DNA from: Pelagibacteraceae bacterium AG-337-I02
GTDB lineage: Bacteria > Pseudomonadota > Alphaproteobacteria > HIMB59 > GCA-002718135
Direction: 5' to 3'
NCBI GenBank assembly: GCA_003282155.1
Contig: QBZY01000003.1
Location: 27,115 to 91,114 of the forward strand
Length of the DNA stretch: 64,000 nucleotides
Part shown: positions 38,931 to 46,267 of the stretch, piece after piece
Position numbering within the stretch: the first letter of the stretch is position 1
Layout: each line of letters opens with the position of its first letter
Made by a program: the position numbers and the translations under genes
Notes under the pieces: model-generated
Database searches by the model: none
What the model was told of the DNA's origin: nothing
The model's input: only the letters and a program-made list of their open reading frames with translations

Positions 38931-39890
38931 TTAATATTTAACTAAATGCATTATTGTATCCTTATTTTGAAGGATTTTATAGTAATCTTTTTCTAAATCA
39001 AAAAAATTACTTTCACTAGTAATTAATTTTTCTAATTTTGAATTTTTTAAAGATTTAATTGCTAATTTTAATCTCCCCTCAAAATCATATTTATTTTTCA
39101 TGTATTTTGGTATTTTAGATACCTGTGAGCTAATAATTTTTAATCTTTTAGAATGAAAATACCCGCCTAAGGCAACTTCTCCTTTATTTTTACCATACCA
39201 ACTAGCTTCTACTATTTTTCCTTCGATAGATAATTTTTCCATTAAAGAATTTAAAACTGTATAATTCGCTGTGGTGTTTATTGCTACATCTATTTTCTCA
39301 ATATTTCTTATATCAATAAAATTTAATCCTAAGTAATTGGCAATTTTTCTTTTATTTTTATTATTATCAAAAACATAAACATTTTTATATCCATTGATTT
39401 TAAAAAAAAATGCAGTTAATAATCCTACAGAGCCAAGCCCTACAATCAGAATTTCGTTATTACTTTTAGATTGAGCGTCCCAAAAGATATTAATTGCTGT
39501 TTCCATATTTGCAGTTAGAATGTATTTTCGCAAATTGCCTTTTGGTAGAAAAATTAAATTTTGAATAGAAATTTCATATAAATCCTGATGAGGATACAGA
39601 CTGAATATTTTTTTGTTTATATATTTATTTGGACCATCGATAATATTCCCAACATTTATATAACCGTATTTTATAGGTAAATTAAAAGAACCCTCTTGAA
39701 AAGGAGCTTTCATTAATTCAAATTGATCCTGACTTACGCTTTTAGATGAAACTAATTTTTCAGTTCCCTTGCTAATACCTGAGTATATAGTTTTAACTAA
39801 AACTGTTTTGTTATTTTTATTGTATACAAGTTTTTTTTGATAAATTTTAGCTTGTTTTTTTTTATCAATCCATAAAGAATAAGATTTCAT
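38931..39890 (-). CDS. medium-chain dehydrogenase/reductase (BchC-like subgroup, no catalytic-zinc ligands)
   Basis: SGISKGTEKL occupies the place of GxCGSDxH. Rossmann motif ILIVGLGSVGLL. 319 aa. Confidence 0.65.
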   Translation of the reverse strand: MKSYSLWIDKKKQAKIYQKKLVYNKNNKTVLVKTIYSGISKGTEKLVSSKSVSQDQFELMKAPFQEGSFNLPIKYGYINVGNIIDGPNKYINKKIFSLYPHQDLYEISIQNLIFLPKGNLRKYILTANMETAINIFWDAQSKSNNEILIVGLGSVGLLTAFFFKINGYKNVYVFDNNKNKRKIANYLGLNFIDIRNIEKIDVAINTTANYTVLNSLMEKLSIEGKIVEASWYGKNKGEVALGGYFHSKRLKIISSQVSKIPKYMKNKYDFEGRLKLAIKSLKNSKLEKLITSESNFFDLEKDYYKILQNKDTIMHLVKY

Positions 39891-39903
39891 AATTCACTTA
39901 TAA

Positions 39904-40671
39904 ATGTATAATAAAAAAATGCTAACAAACTTTTGGGAAGAATTAACAACAAATGAAATTAAAAAAATAAATAGAAAAACAGTTTTAATTTTCCCATTTT
40001 CATCAATAGAACAACATGGTCCTCATCTTCCATTAAATACTGATAAAAAAATTCTTGAAGGAATATTATTAGAATTCAATAAAAAATATAATTCAAATAA
40101 ATATTTAATTATGCCTGAAATATATTTTGGTTCAGCTGCTGAACATACTGATTTTGATGGAACTATAAGTATTGATTCATTGGAATTTATATCGCACTCT
40201 TTATCAATTTTAGAAAATGTATGTAAATTGAAATTTAAAAATATATTACTTTTAAATAGTCATGGTGGACAAATAAGCCATATGGATATTATTGCTAAAG
40301 AATTGAAATCAGAATTTAAGATAAATATTGTAAAAGGCACTTATTTTTTATTTGATCAATTTAAAGGAATTATATCAAGTAAAGAAAAAGATTTTGGTTA
40401 CCATGGTGGAGAATTTGAAACATCTATTATGTTATATTTATTTCCAAACCTTGTTAGGGAATCTAAAATTTCTAAACATAGATTATCTCCTGATTATTTA
40501 TCATCTAAAACCATTTCTTATGAGAAAAATATTAAGAAAGCTTGGACTAGTAAAGAATTAAGTAAAAGTGGAATTATTGGAGATCCTAGAAAATCCAATG
40601 CGCAAATAGGAAAAAAAATAATTGATAGACTAACACAAAAATTAAATAAAATAATAAATGAGATGTTTTAG
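39904..40671 (+). CDS. creatininase-family metal-dependent amidohydrolase (family includes archaeal ArfB formamide hydrolase and MftE)
   Basis: PFSSIEQHGPHLPLNTD, LLLNSHGGQ, GYHGGEFETS motifs. An alternative start at 39919 is possible. Confidence 0.75.
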   Translation: MYNKKMLTNFWEELTTNEIKKINRKTVLIFPFSSIEQHGPHLPLNTDKKILEGILLEFNKKYNSNKYLIMPEIYFGSAAEHTDFDGTISIDSLEFISHSLSILENVCKLKFKNILLLNSHGGQISHMDIIAKELKSEFKINIVKGTYFLFDQFKGIISSKEKDFGYHGGEFETSIMLYLFPNLVRESKISKHRLSPDYLSSKTISYEKNIKKAWTSKELSKSGIIGDPRKSNAQIGKKIIDRLTQKLNKIINEMF

Positions 40672-40694
40672 ATTTTATTTTTAAAAAAATTAAA

Positions 40695-41258
40695 TTAAAA
40701 AAATTTTTCGTACACATCGTTGTATTCACAATCATATACTTCACAGTTATCCAACATATATTCAGTTATTTGACTTAAGAATGTCCCATGACTAACTAAT
40801 ACAATTTTTTGTAAATTAAGTTTTTTGATTGATAGTAGAAAAGATTTTAATCTGATTTTAATATCATTATGAGACTCTTGTATAATTTTTTTTTCATTTA
40901 TAGGTTTGTTATTATTCCACCAAAAATCATTTAAATTATTAAAATCAAAATCATTAAAGTCTTTTTTTAATTTTTTTGGTTGCCTTCCTACATCACATGA
41001 GTGGTATAAATGCTCTCTTATTAATGGTTCAATTACAGGATTTTTAGATGGAAAAACAATAGAGAATGTCTCTAATGTTCTTGTTAAGGGGGAAGAAAAA
41101 TATTTATCAAATTTAAGATTTTTAATTCTACTATTTAATTTTTTTGCTTGCTCAACTCCTCTTTGAGTAATTCTTGCGTCATAATAATAAGTTGGATTAT
41201 CTAAATCTGATGCTGCATTAGCTTCTGACTCAGCGTGTCTAATAAGATATAATTTCAT
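40695..41258 (-). CDS. histidine phosphatase family protein (PGAM-like)
   Basis: N-terminal LYLIRHAESEAN (RHG-type motif), SSPLTRTLET, and the distal VLVSHGTFL histidine. Confidence 0.8.
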   Translation of the reverse strand: MKLYLIRHAESEANAASDLDNPTYYYDARITQRGVEQAKKLNSRIKNLKFDKYFSSPLTRTLETFSIVFPSKNPVIEPLIREHLYHSCDVGRQPKKLKKDFNDFDFNNLNDFWWNNNKPINEKKIIQESHNDIKIRLKSFLLSIKKLNLQKIVLVSHGTFLSQITEYMLDNCEVYDCEYNDVYEKFF

Positions 41259-41309
41259 TTTTTAAATATCAATATGATAAACATGAATCAGTAAGTATTA
41301 AACTTAGCT

Positions 41310-41447
41310 TTATTTACGTGAAGAAACAGCTAATAGAAGTGGCACAATCATAACTAATGTTGTTAATACTGATGGATTAAATAACCAATAAAGAACACCT
41401 AAAGAGAATATTAACATCCAAAATTCATTTTTATATAAAAATTTCAT
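41310..41447 (-). CDS. possible 45-aa two-helix membrane peptide (unannotated small ORF)
   Basis: My translation: MKFLYKNEFWMLIFSLGVLYWLFNPSVLTTLVMIVPLLLAVSSRK. It fills most of the roughly 200-nt gap between the CoA-ligase alpha subunit and the phosphatase gene. No homology support. Confidence 0.25.
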   Translation of the reverse strand: MKFLYKNEFWMLIFSLGVLYWLFNPSVLTTLVMIVPLLLAVSSRK

Positions 41448-41462
41448 TATTTTTTAATTATA

Positions 41463-42359
41463 TTAATACAAATTATTTTCTACTAATACTTTTTTTACAG
41501 TTTCACCCATTACAGAAGGGTTTTTGGAAATTGTAACTCCACACTCTTTAAGAAGTTCAACTTTTTCTATTGCGCTTTCACCATAAGCTGAAACAATGGC
41601 ACCAGCATGCCCCATTACACGACCTTTAGGTGCAGTTAGTCCTGCTATATACGCAATTACTGGTTTACTCATATTTTCTTTAGCAAATTGTCCAGCTTCA
41701 ACTTCTTGTGGACCACCTATTTCACCTATCATTAAGACTGCAATAGTTTCATCATCATTTTCAAACTTTTCAATTATATCTCTAAAAGAACTTCCATTTA
41801 TAGGATCGCCTCCTATACCTACACTTGTTGAAACACCAATTTCCAAATCTTTAAGTTGTTGTGCAGCTTCATATCCCAATGTACCAGATCTACTAACTAT
41901 TCCTATTTTACCCTCTTTGTAAATATGACCAGGCATAATACCTAACATAGATTTACCAGGACTAATTATTCCTGCACAATTTGGACCGACTAATCCCATT
42001 TTTTTATCTTTTGGATATCTTCTCATATATCTTTTTATTTTAACCATATCATGAGAAGGAATGCCGTCAGTAATAGCAACACAAGTTTTAATACCCGCAT
42101 CAGCCGCTTCCATAGCAGAGTCTGCTGCAAATGCTGGAGGAACAAATAAAATTGATGTTGATGCACCTGTTTTATCTACAGCCTCTTTAACAGTATTAAA
42201 AACAGGAAGATTTAAATGAGTCATACCACCTTTACCAGGTGTTACCCCACCAACAACGTTTGAACCATACTTAATCATTTCTTCAGCATGAAAGCTTCCA
42301 ATTTTTCCAGTAAAACCTTGCACTAAAATCTTTGTATTTTTGTGAATTATTATAGACAT
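41463..42359 (-). CDS. mtkB: CoA ligase alpha subunit of the SucD family; by context malate--CoA ligase (malate thiokinase) alpha subunit
   Basis: SRSGTLGYEA and the phosphohistidine loop MGHAGAIV. 298 aa. Third gene of an overlapping mcl / beta subunit / alpha subunit string. Confidence 0.8.
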   Translation of the reverse strand: MSIIIHKNTKILVQGFTGKIGSFHAEEMIKYGSNVVGGVTPGKGGMTHLNLPVFNTVKEAVDKTGASTSILFVPPAFAADSAMEAADAGIKTCVAITDGIPSHDMVKIKRYMRRYPKDKKMGLVGPNCAGIISPGKSMLGIMPGHIYKEGKIGIVSRSGTLGYEAAQQLKDLEIGVSTSVGIGGDPINGSSFRDIIEKFENDDETIAVLMIGEIGGPQEVEAGQFAKENMSKPVIAYIAGLTAPKGRVMGHAGAIVSAYGESAIEKVELLKECGVTISKNPSVMGETVKKVLVENNLY

Positions 42360-42361
42360 TA

Positions 42362-43522
42362 TTATCCAAGAGCTTTTACTGCTTTATTCGCTGCATCTTC
42401 TAAAGTTGATGCTTCAATATAATTAATATTACTTTTTTTGAGTATTTCATTTCCTTTTTCAACATTAGTACCAGCTAAACGTATAACTAAAGGATGTTTG
42501 ATTTCAATTTTTGATAAAGCTTGAACAATTCCTTCTGCAACCCAATCACATCTGTTTATTCCTGCAAAAATATTAACTAAAATTACCTTAACTTTTGTGT
42601 CCATAGAGATTAATTTAAAAGCTTTAACTATTTTCTCAGGAGTTGCACCTCCGCCAACATCTAAAAAGTTTGCAGGCTCACCGCCAGCAAGTTTTATCAT
42701 GTCCATTGAAGCCATTGCTAAGCCTGCACCGTTAATAATATTACCAATATTTCCATCTAGGCTTACATAATTCATTCCTCTGTCAGAAGCATAAACTTCA
42801 TTTGAATTTTCTTGTGTTTTATCTCTAAGTTCTGCAATTTCATCTCTTCTAAACATTGCATTATTATCAAAACTCATTTTACAATCTAATGCTAATATTT
42901 CATCTTGTTGTGATACAACCAATGGATTAACTTCAACCATTGTTGCATCAAGCTCACTAAAGGCTTTATAGCAACCAATAATTGTATTTGCAGCTCTTGA
43001 AATCAATTTGGATTCAATTCCTAAACCAAAAGCTATTTCTCTTGCTTGAAATTGTTGAATACCAACTGCTACCTCTATTTTAGATCTTATAATTGTTTCA
43101 GGCTTTTCTTTTGAAATCTCTTCGACACTCATTCCACCTTCTGTTGAAGCTACAACCATTATACTTTCTGAAGATCTATCAAACACTAAGCCTAAATATA
43201 ATTCATGTTTGATATCTGTTGCTTCTTCAATATAAATTCTATTTATTATCTTACCTTCTGGACCAGTTTGGTTTGTAATTAATTTTTTACCTAACAATTT
43301 ATCAGTTGCATCAGCAACTTCTAACGGAGAATTACATATAATAATTCCTCCCGCTTTACCTCTAGCACCAGAGTGAACTTGCGCTTTTACAACCCATTTT
43401 GAACCACCAATTTCTCTTGCTTTATTTTCTGCATTTTCTGGACTATAAACAATACCACCAGTCGGAATTTTAACACCAAAATCAGACAATATTTTTTTTG
43501 CTTGATATTCATGTATATCCAT
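42362..43522 (-). CDS. mtkA: CoA ligase beta subunit of the SucC family (ATP-grasp); by context malate--CoA ligase beta subunit
   Basis: MDIHEYQAK, GGEPANFLDVGGGA. NIFAGINRCDWVAEGI differs from E. coli SucC (NIFGGIVRCDLIADGI) and matches my recollection of methylotroph MtkA. The start overlaps the stop of the malyl-CoA lyase gene by 1 nt. Confidence 0.75.
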   Translation of the reverse strand: MDIHEYQAKKILSDFGVKIPTGGIVYSPENAENKAREIGGSKWVVKAQVHSGARGKAGGIIICNSPLEVADATDKLLGKKLITNQTGPEGKIINRIYIEEATDIKHELYLGLVFDRSSESIMVVASTEGGMSVEEISKEKPETIIRSKIEVAVGIQQFQAREIAFGLGIESKLISRAANTIIGCYKAFSELDATMVEVNPLVVSQQDEILALDCKMSFDNNAMFRRDEIAELRDKTQENSNEVYASDRGMNYVSLDGNIGNIINGAGLAMASMDMIKLAGGEPANFLDVGGGATPEKIVKAFKLISMDTKVKVILVNIFAGINRCDWVAEGIVQALSKIEIKHPLVIRLAGTNVEKGNEILKKSNINYIEASTLEDAANKAVKALG

Positions 43523-44460
43523 TACTTGCTCTCAATTAGTTTATTTATATTTACAATATTTTCAGCCATTCTTGCAGATGCTGCATCGATCATTCTTCCA
43601 TCAAGCTGAGCAGCACCCTTTCCTTCAGCGGCTGCTTTTTCTAATTCTAATAATATTCTTTTTGCTTTATCTATTTCTTCTTTGGGAGGAGAAAAAACTT
43701 CATTAGCAAGATCTATTTGCGATGGATGTATTGCCCATTTACCTTCAAAACCAATTGCTGCAGCTCTTTTTGCTGCATCAAGATATCCTTCTTTGTCATT
43801 AAAATCACCAAAAGGTCCGTCTATTGCTCTTAAGCCATATGATCTACAAGTCATTACTAAAGTTGATAAGCCATGATGCCATTGATCACCAGGGTAATCA
43901 GGATTTAAACCTCCTATGACAACAGTTCTTGCTCGCATACTTGCTGCATAATCTGCAACTCCAAAGTGTAATGCCTCTAGTCTTGAACTTGATGTTGCGA
44001 TTGATTGAATATTAGACATTCCTAGTGCTGTTTCAATTAAACATTCTAAACCTATTCTATTTTCAAATTTTTTATTTTGTTCAATTTGATTAAGCATACA
44101 ATCAACCATATATACATCAGATGATGAGCCTACCTTTGGAATTAATAATGTATCAACCCTATCGCCGACTTCTTCTACAATTTCAATCACATCACGATAC
44201 ATATAGTGTGTATCCAAGCCGTTAATTCTTATAGAAATTGTTTTACCTTCTTCTCTCCAATTATATTCTTTTATTGCATTAATAACATTTTTTCTTGCAT
44301 AAATTTTATCATTTGGGGATACTGCATCTTCTAAATCTAAAAAAATATAATCAGCATTTGATTTTAATGCTTTTTCAAACATCTTTGGATTAGAGCCAGG
44401 AACTGCCAATTCACTTCTGTGTAATCTAGATTTAGCAGGTTTATAAAATAAATGGCTCAT
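43522..44460 (-). CDS. mcl: L-malyl-CoA / beta-methylmalyl-CoA lyase (HpcH/HpaI-CitE family)
   Basis: Long colinear identity by eye with methylotroph Mcl: RLHRSELAVPGSNP, IFLDLEDAV, IRINGLDTHYMYRDV, LIETALGM, FGVADYAAS, IDGPFGDF, GFEGKWAIHPSQIDLANEVF. Confidence 0.85.
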   Translation of the reverse strand: MSHLFYKPAKSRLHRSELAVPGSNPKMFEKALKSNADYIFLDLEDAVSPNDKIYARKNVINAIKEYNWREEGKTISIRINGLDTHYMYRDVIEIVEEVGDRVDTLLIPKVGSSSDVYMVDCMLNQIEQNKKFENRIGLECLIETALGMSNIQSIATSSSRLEALHFGVADYAASMRARTVVIGGLNPDYPGDQWHHGLSTLVMTCRSYGLRAIDGPFGDFNDKEGYLDAAKRAAAIGFEGKWAIHPSQIDLANEVFSPPKEEIDKAKRILLELEKAAAEGKGAAQLDGRMIDAASARMAENIVNINKLIESK

Positions 44461-44517
44461 TTAAAAAAAATTTATATATTTGATTAATATTATAAAAGCG
44501 ATAAAAAAATTTAAATA

Positions 44518-45174
44518 TTATAAAGATATTTCTTTAAGGCAATTTTCATCATTATTTTTTGGATTATTTACAATTTTTGATACTGGATAAAAGTCTAAAT
44601 CATCCTCGATAACACTTTTGTTATTATTTAGAAATTCATTTTCACTATCATGAAGAAAATCAAGACCCTCATTATGAGACATAATAAGTGGCATTCTATT
44701 ATGTATAAAGGAAAGCTTTTCATTTGCTTCCTTAGTAATGATACATGCAACATTCATTTTTTTATTATCTCTGATTTCTTCTCTCCAGACTCCACCAAAA
44801 AATAATAATTCATTTTTTGGAATTGATATTAAATATGGTTGTTTTTGATTATTTATATTTTTCCACTCATAGTATCCATTTGCAATAATAAGACATTTTC
44901 TTTTGGTAAATGATTCTTTAAATAAATATTTATCGTTAATCGTTTCAATTCTTGCATTAATAACAAATTGAGTAACATTATTTTGTTTACTAAAAAAACT
45001 ATAACTCCAAATAAAAGTATCTATTAAAAGCTTATGGTTATTTTCATAAATAATATTAACGATATTAGAAGGTGATATATTGTAGGACTTATGTGAGTAA
45101 TTTAAGGCTTCAATGTTAGGAAATAATTTTATAATTTTTTCTTTATCTTCAGTACTTGTAAATCTTCCGCACAC
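44518..45174 (-). CDS. SOS-response-associated peptidase (SRAP/YedK) abasic-site processing protein
   Basis: Invariant N-terminus MCGRF. The start codon is GTG (45172-45174), overlapping the upstream TAG by 1 nt. Family-typical YYEW and NRMPLI motifs. Confidence 0.85.
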   Translation of the reverse strand: MCGRFTSTEDKEKIIKLFPNIEALNYSHKSYNISPSNIVNIIYENNHKLLIDTFIWSYSFFSKQNNVTQFVINARIETINDKYLFKESFTKRKCLIIANGYYEWKNINNQKQPYLISIPKNELLFFGGVWREEIRDNKKMNVACIITKEANEKLSFIHNRMPLIMSHNEGLDFLHDSENEFLNNNKSVIEDDLDFYPVSKIVNNPKNNDENCLKEISL

Positions 45175-45632
45175 TATGATGCTTGTGATAAAGGCATTGG
45201 TCTAGAAACACCAACGGTCATCCAACAATCTTTAAACTCACCGATTTGCTCCACTTTTTCTACTGTCCATTCAAAGCCAAATTTTTTTCCATTACTATCC
45301 GTTAGTTCTACAAAATAATATGAACTTTTTTCTTGTTCCTGAACAGGAATTATATTGTGTTCTAAATGGTCAATCATCATTGCATATGAAGGATTCTTAA
45401 TCATTCTTATAAAATTATCTAGAGGACCAGTGTACATTCTATTATTTGGATGTGCAAATTCCCAAGTTTGCTCTATTCCAGCATCGTCAAATGGTAAATT
45501 ATTTTTTTGAAGTGCTTTTAATTGAATTGAAATAACTTCTTTTGGGCCAATTGAAGGATCTGGTTTTATCATTTCCCCATAAACATTACTCGATAATATT
45601 ATAAATAAACTAAAAAATATAATTTTGTGCAT
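45174..45632 (-). CDS. secreted hypothetical protein (possibly DUF4864-like)
   Basis: Signal peptide MHKIIFFSLFIILSSNVYG. ISIQLKALQKNN...WEFAHPNNR...FIRMIKNPSYAMMI loosely resembles DUF4864. Confidence 0.4.
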   Translation of the reverse strand: MHKIIFFSLFIILSSNVYGEMIKPDPSIGPKEVISIQLKALQKNNLPFDDAGIEQTWEFAHPNNRMYTGPLDNFIRMIKNPSYAMMIDHLEHNIIPVQEQEKSSYYFVELTDSNGKKFGFEWTVEKVEQIGEFKDCWMTVGVSRPMPLSQAS

Positions 45633-45667
45633 AATTTTAAAATAGTGTAATTAGAATTTAAGGCAAT

Positions 45668-46267
45668 ATGTATATTTATGATTTTATCCAAGGATTAATA
45701 ATTGGAGGAACATTAATAATTGCTATAGGACCTCAAAATTTATTCGTAATACAACAAGGGCTTAAGAAATCTTATGTTTTTACAGTTACCTTATTTTGCA
45801 GTCTATCAGACAGTTTACTTATAGTAACCGGAATATATATATCTAATTATATTGTCCAAATTAATCCAAGTATCATAGGAATAATAAAAGTATTAGGTGG
45901 AATTTGGCTTATATTTTATGGTTTAAATAAAGTTAGAAAATTAAATCAAATTAAAGATATGAATAAAGAATTAAAAATAATTAATGAATTCGGAAAAGTA
46001 TTAATTACCTTATTCCTTATTACATACGCAAATCCTCATGTTTTTTTAGATACAGTTATTTTAATTGGATCATTATCAACAAATTTTAATGATCAATTTT
46101 CATTTGGTATTGGAGCGATTGCAGCTAGTTTTTCGTTTTTCTTTTTTTTGGGATATATGTCAAAGTTTTTATCAAAATATATTTATTCAAATAAAACTTG
46201 GTTTTGGATTGATCTAATTATTGGTCTGCTAATGATTAGTTATGGAATATATTTTATAATTTTCTAA
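45668..46267 (+). CDS. LysE/ArgO-family basic amino-acid exporter
   Basis: Colinear with E. coli ArgO by eye: FIQGLIIGGTLIIAIGPQNLFVIQQG vs [26 protein letters not shown], and NPHVFLDTVILIGSLS vs NPHVYLDTFVVLGSLG. Confidence 0.8.
   Translation: MYIYDFIQGLIIGGTLIIAIGPQNLFVIQQGLKKSYVFTVTLFCSLSDSLLIVTGIYISNYIVQINPSIIGIIKVLGGIWLIFYGLNKVRKLNQIKDMNKELKIINEFGKVLITLFLITYANPHVFLDTVILIGSLSTNFNDQFSFGIGAIAASFSFFFFLGYMSKFLSKYIYSNKTWFWIDLIIGLLMISYGIYFIIF

Noticed and set aside
39855-39863. 9-nt T homopolymer (and many similar A/T runs) as phase-variation slippage sites.
   Set aside because: The runs encode Lys/Phe tracts typical of this composition. They occur throughout housekeeping genes. None shows a frameshift in this sequence.
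39904-40671. Creatininase-family protein acting as an ArfB-type deformylase for a formylated (FAPy) product of a GCH-III-like activity of the neighbouring cyclohydrolase.
   Set aside because: The cyclohydrolase retains the Tyr of the RAY motif. As I recall, loss of that Tyr is what converts GCH II paralogs into FAPy producers. The simple ArfA/ArfB analogy is therefore not supported by the sequence, and the hydrolase's substrate remains open.
41463-43522. Annotating the SucC/SucD-like pair as the TCA-cycle succinyl-CoA synthetase.
   Set aside because: The pair is translationally coupled to a malyl-CoA lyase, is not next to mdh/sucAB, and has a beta-subunit motif that differs from E. coli SucC. 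I cannot exclude the TCA role without the rest of the genome.
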